Numbered from the stretch's first letter, positions 12,057 through 26,190 are shown. The stretch: 47,966 nt of DNA from Octopus bimaculoides (GCF_001194135.2 NC_068998.1:34820816-34868781); one strand, 5' to 3'. Notes: generated by a model from the letters alone, not told the origin. Numbers and translations are program-made.

Positions 12057-13494
12057 GTTTAAATGCTGAAGGGTTGATCATTTTAAACCAAGTATTTCAT
12101 CATTGTTTTGTGTACTTTTCCTTCTACTGGGATGGAATGGGGGAGACATATAAAAAGTTAGTTTAGCAACCACCATTTCTGACTGGTAAAGTAAGTTCAC
12201 TGATGATGAAAATTCCACAGAAGACGGTGAATGCGACACTCTGAGGATTCAGCAAAAGCAATTCCTTTGAAATGTTTGCAGTAGATTCAAATCATTCAGG
12301 TGTAATGTTGCACAGAACTTGGAAAATGGCACACAATAAAATGAATCTAAGAACTTGTTTCCAATTCTACATTTTAATGGTAAAAGTCTATTTGGAATTG
12401 CAATAGTTCCCCTTACAACATCAATAACTGAAAGTTGAAAGACATGTCAAGAATATTTCCATTATCTCTATAATCATGATTCTCCAGTGGAACTAACTAC
12501 ATGTTTTGAATATATAAAAAATACATAATACTGTAGCATTATCATGAGTTATACCATCAATGTATTAATTAGAATGCAACAAGTAACTGCATTGCTTTAA
12601 GATGAAACATAACATACTATGCTACTATTTCAAAAAAATAAGGGTTATATTTATCTGTGTTGTCTTATAATAGGGAACAGTTAGAGTATGTATTATGATT
12701 TTTAGTTTCAATTCTGCATTGAACTTTTCTAGCAAATCAATTATTATTACAAAATTCAAATCTAAAAAAATCAGACAGAACACCTCTCAGCCTATATAGC
12801 CATTTTAATTTTGCTTAAATAAACTAAAGATTCCAACATATGAAGTGTTTCACACGAATAAAGTATAGTGTAAAACAAGAGACTGACTATATTTCACCAA
12901 GTTCAAGTAAGAGTACTTCAAAATTTGGGAATAAACAAAAAGTAGAAATAATTTAAAATTCCCTTTATCTGAAGCGTAACCAAATGTTCAAGAATCAAAC
13001 AGATCTATAAGTAGTGCAACATATTTATTTTCATATCTTGTATTGATTAAACCTCATATCACTTCTATTCAATATTGTTTACTGATTATCTAATGAGTTT
13101 CTTACTTATTTCTATCTGTATGAGAAATGAAAATGATTGAAGTGTCATGTATCTTCTGCTGATATAATTCTACTATACTCAATCCCTCCAAATAGACCAC
13201 ACTTGATTTTCTTACTGTTTAAAGATATTTAAACTTATTTGATATTCAGTAAATCTTAAAACAGAAGTTAGGTGAGAAGGAAATAATATTTATCTTTGCT
13301 TTACAGATATTGAAAATGACATAAAATTTCTTTGTGATAATAGCTGGAATAGTCCAATACTCACATACTCATGAATATATGCATTGATTCTCCAAAGCAA
13401 TTGCTTGAGACTTGTATATACATTCATAAACTCGTTTTCTCTGAAAATATGTCTCTCATGCTCCTTTCGTTGTTTTATGACAATAATTCTCTAT

Positions 13495-13640
13495 GTGAAG
13501 GTGCATGGCTTAGTGGTTCAGATGTTGGCCTCATGGGTTTAGTTCCTGAACTGAGCAGCATGATATGTCCTTGAGCAAGGCACTTCATCTCACATTGTTC
13601 CAGTCTACTCAGCTGAGACAAATACCAGCTGAGTGCTGGT
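13495..13640 (+). mobile_element. tRNA-derived SINE with CORE-like domain
   Basis: tggcttagtggtt A-box followed by gtccttgagcaaggcacttcatctcacattgttccagtctactcagctg. Confidence 0.65.
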
Positions 13641-15519
13641 GCAGCCTTCTCTCCTTCTAACTAACATATCCTGAGTCTTCTGATTCAGAGGGTATCTATG
13701 GCTGTTCTAGGTGACATGCACCTAAAATAATTAGCAAAGGCATGGTTTTAGCTATTGAATCATATTTTCTTGCAAGCGATGACCATGAGAAAATGACTCT
13801 TTTTGCTCTTTGTATGTATACCCATGAATGTGTGATTATGCATATGTATATCTATGTATGAGTATGAGAATCAGTACAAGTGTGTATGTGAAATTATGCA
13901 TCTTTGCCTGTATCTTTTCTCTTTTTTCACTTCATCTCACTTTGGAACAACGTGGTCTCTAGGGAACCTTTATGTGATCTCTAGGTAACCTCTATGTGGT
14001 CACTCCACCTGATAGAAGTAACATCCAAATCCTTCTCAAAATGTTCTATATCATCTTAAATAATAAACACTATAAAGTATGTCATCCCATTGGATAATGT
14101 AGTTCTAGATATACCTTAAAAAGGTATGTTTGGAATTCAGTCAAATATTATAGGTTTACTTGTTCACTGTTGATTTGAGGCCCCATCATTTGAATGTAGA
14201 TAACAAAAACGTCACATTTTAAACTTGAGAAAAGTCATGCATATTTTTATTGTTCCACTTACAGATTGTATTTGTAATGTGTGAGTTGGTTGGTTGACTT
14301 CTTTTTCTGGTGTGTGTGTGTGTACGTTCATTCGTTCTTTTATTCATGCTCTCTTTTTTCCTTCCCCCAATTCTTCTCTTTCCCATTCAATTTTATTTTA
14401 ATTGTTCTATTCCCTTCTCTACCTCCCCTTACACAAGTCAGGCAGCTTGCAGTTTGGATACTTAGAAACTTCTACATGTTCATGCAATCTACAAGAAATA
14501 CCAGTTAAATCTCCTTCAAACATTGCCCTATTGTCCTAAAAAATAGAAAGGACACTATAAAGTATGTCATCCTAGATATCTCTAAATAGACAGCACAGTC
14601 ATGGTTAAAATGCTTTGAGTGTAAGTCTACTTGAAAATAGTTGGCCTGAAGTTAAGTAACATCTGTTATAGAAAGCCTGCAACCTGAGAGACAAAGTTGA
14701 TAAAATGTCAGACAGCCAGGTAAAAGATCAACATTTTACATCCTCCACAAATATTGCTCTGTCTTTAGCTAAGGCATTTAACATGTAATTGTGCAGTGCT
14801 CCTACCTTTAGGTATAATTCAACAATGTAGACGGTAATGGCAGCACTATTGGTGTGAATTTTGTTAGATTACAGGACTGAATTCTGGATAATGAAATTAT
14901 TGGTGTGTTGTTAATGTCTTATTTCATTGATATATTACATGTTATTATATTATATTACATACACAAAAGTATTGTTTACACTTGTCATAACAGTTATTGC
15001 TGGACAAAATATAAATCAATATATATATACATATTCTGTAATTCATGCTATAACAATATAGTTTCTTATGTTGTTTATCCCACAAATCTAGGATCAAAGA
15101 AGTTTTGTTCAGGAATTTTCGGTCTTTTATTTAAACATATGTATTCAATTGTAAACTATAAGTAGAATCTAGTTGTGTTAGGTCTGTAGAATTTATACTT
15201 TGATCAGGGGCAAAACAAAATCGTTTTTTAAATTTTTAGTCAGGAGGGAAAAGCAGAACCCATTACCCTTTACTTTGAGACTGGTGGAAGGGAGAGAGGA
15301 ACTTATCCTCAGACCAAAACCATAGCCCAAATGCTTCCAACTGTATTAACTCTGCTAGAGTCACCCAAGTACCTGGTGGTGATGTTCAGCTGGGGTGAGG
15401 AATTAACTCTACCACCCAAGTCAGCCACAACAATTTTGGATTCAGAATGCAAAGAGTTAAATTAAATACTCCAAGACATTTCCTCTGATGCTCTAACATT
15501 TCTTCCAGTTTACCACTGT

Positions 15520-15630
15520 AAGCAATTTCTTCATTGACCCTTAGAATGATGAAAGGCAAAGTTGACCTTGGCAAGATTTGAACTTAGAACCCAAAGTGTT
15601 GGAATAAAAACAAGACATTTCATACAACAC
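15520..15630 (-). mobile_element. SINE family C head
   Basis: gaaaggcaaagttgaccttggcaagatttgaacttagaac is the reverse complement of the family C B-box/core. Confidence 0.7.
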
Positions 15631-16049
15631 TCACCATCATAAAAAATGGAAGGACACATTGAATAAGGTAGTCTTTGATATATCTAGGACTATCTTTAGA
15701 TATATCTAAACATGCAGGATGGTCTTGACTGCAATACCTTTCTTGATAAATGTGCTACATCCAGATTGAACCAGGGTTTAATAATGTCTGCTACAGAAAA
15801 CCTGTTATTTGAAGTTGATAGCCATTGCAGAACACTACATATATGATCTTAGATTTTCTAAAATATGATTTCTTTTTCATACTCCCTTTAGTTATAAACA
15901 TTATATTAGTTTAGATATTTAGTTCACTACACATAAATAGTATGTATAGCTATTACATACTATATATATTTAGCTTAGATTGGATTTAAGGACAACAGAA
16001 TAGTTATTTGTAAACTATGTTCCATCATAGATATGATTGATAGAGAGAT

Positions 16050-16051
<2 letters not shown>

Positions 16052-16123
<72 letters not shown>
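16052..16123. repeat. (AG)n microsatellite
   Basis: Direct reading. Confidence 0.95.
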
Positions 16124-16124
<1 letters not shown>

Positions 16125-16126
<2 letters not shown>

Positions 16127-16765
16127 AAAGCTGTGAGCAAAGATCAAAACCCTAACAAGTAATGAAGCCAAACAGTTGCTGCTTGGTTTCAGCTGTTACA
16201 ACTGCACTCAGTTTGGTGGGGTGGCAGGCCTAGAGAACCCAGGCATTGATTAGTTGTATCAATACTACTCAGCACCACTGGAAGGAATGATACTGTCAGG
16301 TGCTGAAATCATAATTTCCAATCCACACCTGATGAAAGGAAGGCCCCACAATACAAGATGTATAAGTCCTAGAGTTCAGACATTGGGGATCTTCAAACAC
16401 TGGGACTCACAGAGGGGATGACAAGAGATCGAGCCTCCTAGTGGTTTGCTGTGCTTGAGGAAGACACGTCAAGTTAGGTAAAATTGTAGTCATCCTTACA
16501 TACAGACATGTCCCCTGCATCCTTCTTCAGATGAGTGATCCTAACCTTGTGAGCTTGTGGTTGTTGGTGCCACACAATGTACCAGTGGTACATTAAAGCA
16601 TCCAGTACACTCTGTAAAGTGATTGGTGTTAGGAAGGTTGTTCAACCTTGGAAACCTTGCCAAACAGACATGGAGCCTAGCCAGCTCTTCGGCTGACCTG
16701 CTCCAGTCAAACCATCCAACCCATGCTAGCATGGAAAAATGGACAATGATGATGATGTTGTTCAC
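16125..16765 (+). mobile_element. Old RTE LINE 3' remnant
   Basis: LTSNEAK and DLQTLGLTEGMTRDR parallel LTRNEAS and DLRTLGLNETMTSDR of the 37-kb copy; RTE tail with (ATG)n end. Confidence 0.65.
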
Positions 16766-17479
16766 AAATAGTATGTATGTATATTATACAGCTATATGAA
16801 AATCTATTTGTATAATCCTCCATTCACAGATAGCATGTATAGCTATGGTTTGATATTTGATATAGAGGGAATAAAAAGAGATTTTATCATACATTAAGAG
16901 TAAACTGTTTGAATAGTGAACAAGCTGAGGTTATGAAGTAATTACAAAACTAATTGAAATTATTTTGCACCAATAATGACCTTAATTCCAATTTTACATC
17001 TCCAGCTCCACCTCCATTAGTAATAAGGGCCCTCAGAATTAAAAGAACAAAAAAAAAGAAGTGTTTGTGAGAAGACTTAAAGGTGCTTTCATTGCTGTAA
17101 TAGAGATTGATATTATAATCGCTTTTGTTTCAGTGTACTTATAATAATGATAATTATGATATGATGATGATGAGGATGATGATGTAATTCAAAGGTCCAT
17201 CCTGGTTGAATATTGTATTTCACTGGTTTGGCTGAAATGCTTTAAGGCTACATGTCTCTGTGGAATATTCAACTATTTTATATGTTAATTTAATGAGTCA
17301 GACATTCAGTTGAGTGAACAATTGAATGCCTGTCATCACAATCAATGTGGATCTATCGTTGCTATTATAACAGTGTATATTGATCATAACGTCTTATCAG
17401 GAGGAGAATAAAACCATACTTATTTACTAGATAAACAGCCAAACAAGCAAACAGAATAATCGTATTTCTCAAAATGTCA

Positions 17480-17846
17480 TGGGTCTCAGGTTAAGGAGTT
17501 TGCTTCACAGTTATATGGCTCTGGGTTCCAACATACTGCATGGCACATTAGGCCAGTGTCTTCTACTACTAACCTGGTGCTTGTGAGAGAAATTTAGTTG
17601 ATGCAAACTGTACAGAAGCCTTTCACACATACAAGCATACATATATATGCTTTTATTCTTTTACATGTTTCAGTCATCTGACTGTGTCCATGCTGGAGCA
17701 CCACCTAGAAGAGTTTTAGTCAAATAAATTGACTCCAGGGCTTTTTTTTAAGACTAGTACTTATCCCAAACTGTTATGGTACAAGGACGTAAACACACCA
17801 ACACCAGTTGTCAAGCGGTGATGGGATGACAAACACAGATGCAGAG

Positions 17847-17850
<4 letters not shown>
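17480..17850. mobile_element. SINE A module (+) followed by B module (-)
   Basis: Similarity to the modules at 8210-8665. Confidence 0.65.
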
Positions 17851-17898
<48 letters not shown>

Positions 17899-18296
17899 GT
17901 AGTAGGATGGTGGGATGGTACTGTTAAAGTGGTTGCCATTTTAAGGTATTGGTATTTTATTTTTTTATACTGCTGATTTGTTCTTCAGGGTTGGCTACAC
18001 ATGTGATTGCCCTTTGCTGGCCTTTAAGATTCAATGCTCAGACAGACACACACACACACACACACACACACAGGTATATGCAAACATGTACATATATATA
18101 CATATATATATATGTATATCTACTTACATACGCACACATGCACAGACACACTCACACTCATACATATAAATATATACATAGCTATGCATACATATATATA
18201 ACATATACTATATATACACATGTACACATATACATATTTATACATGAATACATACATATGCATATACCCACACATATGCAAATTCGGACATGTACA

Positions 18297-18334
<38 letters not shown>

Positions 18335-18606
18335 TATATATATGCATATGTATATATGAATATACATATATAACTGCACGTGGACTCATGCCAGTCGTTT
18401 TCCTTCTTCTTCCTTTTCTTTTGGACCTTCCTATGTCTCGTGTTTCTAAAGAAGAGCTTTGCTCAAAACATAAAGCAACCACTCATTCTTTCCTTCTCTG
18501 AGCATCTTTATACTTTGCATGTACCACATCCATGCATTGTTGCTTTTTCTTGTTGTCTTTTTACTCTGTTTTTTTTATTAATTATATATGTATATATATC
18601 CCTTAT

Positions 18607-18646
<40 letters not shown>

Positions 18647-19649
18647 TACTAGGCTTGCAAAGACTAAGTCCTAGGGCCAATTTGTGCGACAAAAGACGGT
18701 GCTCCAGCATGGTCACAGTCAAATGACTGAAACATATAGAAGAATAAAAGCCTATTCATATACATGTGCATACATAAGTGTGTATGTGCATACCACATTT
18801 ACATATATGTGTATATGTATGTGTAGATGGCACATGTGTGTATAATATCCATGTCTGATTTTGCATTACTTCACATCAAGCAACAGTAACATTTGCTAGC
18901 ATCTCAGTTAAACAAACAATATGTACCATGCAGTAATGATTTTATCAGTTTTAATAATTGAAGACCAGTGAAACAGAAAATATCTTAAAAGAGAATTAAA
19001 TGTTGGTGGACAGAAAGGGCATCCTGCTATATAGAACACTGCCTCACTAAGTTTTGTGCAACCCATGCCAAAATGGAAAAAAGTGGAGGTAAAAATGATG
19101 AGGATGGATGTATTACCTATGAGAGAAATATCAAGATTTGGTATTGATTGTGAACATCTTTGGTGTAAAAGAAACAAATATCTAAAAAGTAAAAAGAAAC
19201 AAAAGCAATGTTTCTTTATTTCCTAAACATCAGAAAGAATTGAAATTCATTGAACACAGCTTCATACTTCTAGCTTCATTGTAAAGTTAAGATTAAATGT
19301 AAGTTCTTATAAATCTTTAACAGATGCTTATTCTGATTGGAGTATTTATTTTTTTTATTTTCTGAGGATATATTTCACTCGGAATTCAATGAAATTTTCA
19401 GAAAAGTAAATAAGCTTAAGATATATCTTAAGATCTCAAGTATTTCTTTTACATTTGGTCGTATTGTCATTCTGAAGCCATTAAAACAGCAAAAAAATAC
19501 ATACATATAACAAAATAAAAAAATAGAAGAAAAGAGCAAAAATACAGCTGCAACTTAGTTTACTATTGTGATTAATTGAAGTTTTCCATTACTAAGAAAA
19601 AGGTTTCATTGAAATATATTTTGCTTCTAGAATGTTCTTCTTGTTTGTT

Positions 19650-20350
19650 CATTGTCTATACGAAGCAAGTATATCTTTGTCACTAAGTTTACCAGTTGTC
19701 TTATTCAAGGTGCCACATTTATTGACAGTTCTTTACTACACAGTTTATTTCCAGGACATATACTCAACAGCACAAAATAAAATATTGTGGCAGTTACAGG
19801 CTTTTGATTAATGGAAGCTCAACATGACGTTTTGTAAAAACATCACCAATCCTCATGTGTTCATTTTCTTGTTATTTGTTCACAGTAAGTTAGAATGATT
19901 CATAGAGTTATTTGTTCTTTTGAAATCCTCCAGCCACCCTTGTGTGTATTTATATGTCTAAAGAACAGCAATTTAATTCGGGTAGGGTTAAATATCCTAC
20001 TTGTGATACTAATCAGATACCTACAGAAGACAAGAATTCATGACACACTGACTAATAGTTCAATACTTTATACACTCAACAATTTTTGCCTCTACAGTAA
20101 ATGTAGAAATGTCTCTATAAAATGTAACTTGTAGTATATAGAATTCTCTCTGAACCACAATGTCCGTGTGAAGTCACTAGATGTTGGTTTAATTTATCAA
20201 ATGTTCCCATTTTTCTAAGAGCAATCATCTTGTTCTCATTTGCAAATAATGTATAACTGTGCTTTCTTCATTCTGGTCTGTCCATCTGGTTAATATTTCA
20301 CTTGTAATTCATAATTACAGTTAGCACTGTGGAAAGACACTCATCCAGTT
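19650..20350 (-). mobile_element. Decayed CR1-like RT fragment
   Basis: YTLFANENKMI (LFADDTK-like) and downstream LYESF...HMRIGDV (SYEERL...RRxRGDL-like); many stops. Confidence 0.5.
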
Positions 20351-20384
20351 CTGAAACATTCACTTCAAAAATATCTATCTTTTA

Positions 20385-20815
20385 TCTTTTTCTTGTTGCA
20401 GCTGTGAGACTGTGGCCATGCTAGGGCACCACTTTCAAGAAATTTTAGTCAAATGAATCAATCCCAGTACTTATCGTTTTTTTTTAAAGCCTGGTACTTA
20501 TTCTATCAGTCTCTTTTGCCAAACTGCTAAATTATGGGGGCATAAACTGACCAACACCAGTAGTCAAGCAGTGGTGGAGAACAAACACAGGCACAAAGAC
20601 ACACACACATAGTTATATAGATATACATACACACACACACACACATATGTATATATATATATATANNNNNNNNNNNNNNNNNNNNNNNNNNNNNNNNNNN
20701 NNNNNNCTTTAAATAGAGCTCAAAATTGATCCATTGAAAATACTTTATTGCAACAACAATAACAATAATATATATATATATATATGTATGTATGTATGTA
20801 TACACACACACATAC

Positions 20816-20848
<33 letters not shown>

Positions 20849-20853
20849 TGTAT

Positions 20854-20884
<31 letters not shown>

Positions 20885-21052
20885 TATATGACAAGCTTCT
20901 TTCAGTTTCTGTCTATCAAATCCACTCACAAGGCTTTGGTTGGCCCAAGGCTATAATGGAAGATACTTGCCCAAGATGCCACACAGTGGGATTGAACCCA
21001 GAGCCATGTGGTTGGGAAGCAAGCTTCATACCACAAAGCTATGTCTGCACCT
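20385..21052 (-). mobile_element. Composite SINE (A+B) with expanded internal microsatellite and an N-gap
   Basis: B module 20385-20610, A module 20890-21052. Confidence 0.8.
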
Positions 21053-21549
21053 GATTTGTAAAATAAATGATTCCAATATAGTAGCATAGAAAAAAATGAA
21101 TGTTAGCTGTAAAAATAAAGGAATATGAAATCCAAAACAGAATGCCTACAGCTAGGTTAAAACTATAACTGAACTTTGCACTCTTTACCATTTTTACAAA
21201 TGAAAGATTCTTTACATTTTCTTTGATTAGTAAGTGACTACAAAAATTGATAAAGAGACTTGGTTTTTTTTACTAAATATATCAGCAAAGAGATTACGAT
21301 AGGACAAAGTTGATATCTTAAGATTGATTGCAGGTCTTGATATAAAAACCGGTAATTCTCAAATCTTTTATGGTTTGTTTAGCTTGGAAATGTTGCAGAA
21401 CTTTCTCTTCTATTTCTCTCACCCAATCACTCTTTCTTCTTTTTGTATCCTTTCTTTACCTCTTTCATTGAAGGAGGCAGTCAGAATTTTGGATAATCCT
21501 TTATTAAAACTTTTGTTTGTTTACTAACTCATCAAAACAAAATAAATAT

Positions 21550-21619
<70 letters not shown>

Positions 21620-21620
<1 letters not shown>

Positions 21621-21698
21621 AGAGAGGGAAAGGAAGGTAAAGTTAGCTGCCGTGACAAGCAAGGAAATAGAGTATAAAATGGACAGATGAACATATAC

Positions 21699-21730
<32 letters not shown>

Positions 21731-21755
21731 AACTGTTATTGAAAGATGATAGATA

Positions 21756-21796
<41 letters not shown>

Positions 21797-21837
21797 GGTA
21801 TATAAATCTCTTTCAATATCATCTTTCAATAACAGTT

Positions 21838-21869
<32 letters not shown>

Positions 21870-21948
21870 GTATATGTTCATCTGTCCATTTTATACTCTA
21901 TTTCCTTGCTTGTCACGGCAGCTAACTTTACCTTCCTTTCCCTCTCTT
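21620..21948. repeat. Perfect 132-bp inverted repeat around a (TA)n spacer
   Basis: 21620-21751 is the exact reverse complement of 21817-21948, including the TACA repeat count. Confidence 0.92.
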
Positions 21949-22288
21949 TTTTAAGGAAATTTACTTTATGTTTAACCTTGTTAGTACATATAAATTTTCA
22001 AATAATGCTTAATCTTAAATAAAAGTAAAATATAAAAAATATTATTTTGAAACAAGACTAATTTCTTTAGTAGGATGGTGGTGGATATAGCCATTACATA
22101 TTGATACCATATTGCTGGTTCATATTTACTGAATCCTCAAAAAATATGGAATTTAAATATAACTCCACAATATAAAAAATATGGGAACTTATGAAAGCAT
22201 TTAGACTGTTCTTTTTCTTGTAAGAAAATCCATTATCCAATGCAAGCATATTACTTTAAATTGTTGAATTTGTGTGTGTGCATGTGTT

Positions 22289-23410
22289 AGAAAGAAAGGC
22301 ATTTATTTCCATGTGACTTTGCATTGAGTTAGCAATGTTATGTTTCCATTCTTTGTAATCAATGTCTTATAGCCCTGTAGCTCGGTGGCTTTTGTTGATT
22401 TAAATATGTGAAACAAGTAAGAACTGGTGACAAAAAAGGCAACCAGCTGAAAAATACTGCCTCACTACGTTTCATTTAATTCATGCCACCACTTACAAAG
22501 TTGACACAAAAATGATGATGATTTTGATGATGATGATGATGATGATGCTTATCATCATGATCATGATCATGATGATCATCATCATCATGTTGAGTCCCTA
22601 TTGAAGGTTTCATCGTTGTGGAATTAGTAAATGGGATGTGCATGTGTGCCGATATATATATTGCAGCAGTTTTTGTGTCTTTCCTATATGTTATTACAGA
22701 GATATCTGAATTCTGCACTGCAGATACTGAATGCCAACATACAGTCAACAAGTACAAGGTCTGATCAAAAGTATCAGACTTGTTGCTATGATACTAAAGT
22801 ATACAAAGTGAAACCACTTGACAAAAAATGGCCTTGAACTCTGTTATGCATGCACACTAAGTTATAACATTCTCACTCACTTCCATTGTTTATAGCAATG
22901 CTTGGAATTAAAGTGTGTTGAGTGTGGTCATCTCAAGAACAAGATTGGGTTTCAGCTGAACAGGATTTTCTTGATCATGTCACGGAAGACACAAACTTTT
23001 TGAAAACAGTTATGGCAGGTGATGAACCATGTGTCAATGGCTATGACTCCAAAACCATGGCAAAAGTTAAATGGCACCTGAAACGAACAAGATTTCAAGA
23101 TGTTGAGGAAATCCAAGAGAATGCAAAGGGGCATCAACTCACTATCCCACAACAAGGTTACAGGAATGCTTTTTTTAACAGAAACAATGCTGGATAAAGT
23201 GCGTGGCTTCAGAAGGGAACAGCTTCAAAAGAGATTAAATTTATTTTTCAGCTGGTTGCCTTTTCTGCCATTAGCTCTTACCTGTTTCACATGTTGAAAT
23301 CAACAAAACTCACTGAGCTACAGGGCCATAAGACAGTGTTCACTAGAGATGTAAGCAGAACATTGCTAACTCAATGCAAAATCTCATGGAAATAAATGTC
23401 TTCCTTTCTC
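22289..23410. repeat. About 170-bp diverged inverted arms enclosing a mariner remnant
   Basis: 22289-22456 versus the reverse complement of 23242-23410 (e.g. gcattgagttagcaatgtt; aaggcaaccagctgaaaaata). Confidence 0.85.
22753..23240 (+). mobile_element. Internally deleted mariner element
   Basis: TA|caaggtctgatcaaaagtatc terminus; FLKTVMAGDEPCVNGYD (ITGDETWVYGYD-like) and LKRTRFQDVEEIQENA. Confidence 0.8.
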
Positions 23411-24223
23411 ACACATACACACACACGCACACACACACACACACACACACACGTGTTGTAGTTTTCTTTTTATAGCACCAGTCCTGATTCAGATCTCGTA
23501 CACTGGCTTGCTGCCATTTCGTGTACTTTTCTGGTACACTTATTAGTATCTTGATGGATTCAGCCACTGAAAATTGCCTCAGCCAAAGAAATAGCAACAA
23601 GACTAAAATGACCAACCCATCAATAATTTAGCAAGAACCACTGAAACCCAACTTTCAACTACTATCATAAAAGTGAAATAATAATTTGAAATTGCATTGT
23701 ATTAAAGGTGTTTACAGGAAATAGCATACTTTACTGGGCCGGGTGATGTATATTCCCTTCAATGACAGGAATAACATTACTTTATGTTCCTTTAAGTTTC
23801 TTCCCAATTTTTCCTTGTCTACACCCTCCTCCATTTCTTCTGGAAAAGTTATTGCCTGAAAGTCTTTTATTGCTCTTCCGTAGCATACAGTTTTGTCAGT
23901 TTTCCAGGATTATGTCCTGATTTTCCTGCTTCTTCAAAATTTTACTACTTTAACCAACATTTACATGCTCAGGGATAGAAGGCATTTACTATACTATTAA
24001 ATAAAATTCAATGCTATTTCAGCATCGTAATCAGATAGCTAACTTCTTTATATAGCCTAATGCTGTAAAAGACAGAAATAAAGACAGCAATAGAATGAAT
24101 AAAGTTAGTTTAATAAAACAAAACGATTTTATATTTTTTCATATAGCTAAACGCTCAATTTAACACACACAGAATAAGCATATATACATAAATATGTGTG
24201 TGTGTGTGTGTGTAATATATGCT

Positions 24224-24286
<63 letters not shown>

Positions 24287-24565
24287 GATGTATATTAGGT
24301 GTCTATGTTGTATTTGAGGACGTCATTTTGCCAACAAACACACACACACACACTATTATTATTTTGCTATTATTTTACTATTATTTTGCCAACAAACACA
24401 CACTATTTGTTTGAGCATCACTTTAGCTTTATTAATGTTTATTTGTAAGAGATCTTTTGTTGCATTTTGTGACCTCTTCTCTCTGACCTTGATCTATCTA
24501 TCTATTTATTTATTTACTTATTTATAAACAAGTACACGTACACATTTTCATTTTTTTTTTCCATT

Positions 24566-24578
24566 ATATATATATATA

Positions 24579-24635
<57 letters not shown>
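24566..24635. repeat. (TA)n microsatellite
   Basis: Direct reading. Confidence 0.95.
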
Positions 24636-24638
<3 letters not shown>

Positions 24639-25044
24639 AGTATGTATATATGCATATACTCACATATTATTTGTATTATATATATATGCATATATACATA
24701 GTATTTCTTGTGAGGACAGTCAGATGTACAACTATTATTGGTGAATTGTTTCAAGCCTCCATATAGAACATCATCATCTTGTCTACTTCCAGTAAAGTGG
24801 TGTGGTTACTATTGTGCTTAGCAGCATTACAGGTTAAGATAAACAGAACAAATGTAGGAAAAACATGATGAACATACGATGCAGTTTATATCATGAGGCT
24901 CAAGCATCCCTTTACACTTGGAACACCTACTGTAGAGGATGCAAATAATCACAATTTTGAGAAGTAATAGGAAACAAATGATATAAACTGCATCTTGTGT
25001 TTATCATACATTTTCATCATCATCATCATCATCATCATATTCTT

Positions 25045-25460
25045 TTAACCTTTTACTTGTTTCAGTCATTTGACTGCAACCATATTTATTCTTTATAAGC
25101 CTAGTACTTATTCTATTGGTCTATTTTGCTGAACTGTTAAGTTACAGGGACATAAACACACTAACATCTGTTGTCTAGCAATGGGAGAGGGACAAATCCA
25201 GACACACACACATAAATATAGCCTGGTGTAGTCTTCTACCTGGCCAGCTCCTGTCAAACCGTCCAACCCATGCCAGTATGGAAGACAGATGTTAAATGAT
25301 TATGATGATGATGATATATATATGATTGGCTTCTTTCAGTTTCCATTTACCAAATCCACTCACAAAGCTTTAGTTGGCCTGAGGCTATAGTAGAAGACAC
25401 TTGCCCGAGGTGCCATAAAGTGGGACTGAACCCAGAACCATCACACAGCCATATCTGCAA
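25045..25460 (-). mobile_element. Composite SINE (A+B) with an RTE tail (+) inserted between the modules
   Basis: B 25045-25210, RTE tail about 25225-25318, A 25325-25460. Confidence 0.75.
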
Positions 25461-25704
25461 TATATACACAAACACACACACACATAGTTGCACACACACA
25501 TATCATCATAAGAGCTTAGAAACTTCTAGAGAACATAAAATAATTTGTTTTTAACATGATGATGATGATTTAAACTTGAAGCAGATAAAGCTTTTGACAT
25601 TTTCTATCAAAAGGAGCTTTAACCCAATATTTTACATGTTATTATTTATAGCTTTATCTACTTCAAATTCAACCATTAAAATTGAATTACACACACACAC
25701 ACAA

Positions 25705-25845
25705 ACAGGTTGCCAAATCTACTTTACAAAGCTTTGGTCAACCCAAGGCTAGATAGAAAATGTCCAAATGCCATGTAGTGGAACTGATCCTGAAACTGCA
25801 TGGTTTGAAAGGAAACTTCTTAAGCACACAGCCATAACTGTTCCT
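25705..25845 (-). mobile_element. SINE A module
   Basis: ccaaatc.act..acaaagctttggtcaacccaagg...cacacagcca. Confidence 0.7.
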
Positions 25846-25853
25846 GATTAAGC

Positions 25854-25928
<75 letters not shown>
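25854..25928. repeat. (TG)n(AG)n compound microsatellite
   Basis: Direct reading. Confidence 0.95.
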
Positions 25929-25932
<4 letters not shown>

Positions 25933-26190
25933 GGTGTGTAAAGAGTTATTCTGCTAACTTAACAGTCAATCTGATGATTTCCTTTGATTTCTAGTTGTAG
26001 GTATATCATTCCTCTTAAATAGTTTACACCATTAGTCAAATCATATGTCACAATACATTTCCTTTTGAGCAGTGCTTGGGAGCTCCTTACCTGCAAGTGG
26101 TATTTCAACTGCTTTCAGTTTAGAACCACTTGCTAACAAAATCTCTAAAAACTAATATGAATATTTCCTAAGTTTGAAACAATAGTTTAA

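Larger units (their letters stand above)
11390..12073 (-). mobile_element. piggyBac-type MITE interrupted by two insertions
   Basis: TTAA|ctctttagca...gctgaaggg|TTGA termini; body is the reverse complement of 26191-26409 and 41804-42023. Confidence 0.75.

Noticed and set aside
12190-12270. Acidic short frame TDDENSTEDGECDTLRIQQKQFL
   Set aside because: No acceptor site, bounded by stops, no recognisable family
14067-14572. Exact 21-bp direct repeat acactataaagtatgtcatcc (14067-14087, 14552-14572)
   Set aside because: Both copies lie in related SINE-tail-like sequence; not a convincing TSD or CRISPR-like repeat
23700-23940. Purine-rich minus-strand patch suggesting coding decay
   Set aside because: No diagnostic motif recognised
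24325-24410. Local duplication ttttgccaacaaacacacac
   Set aside because: Ordinary slippage next to a microsatellite
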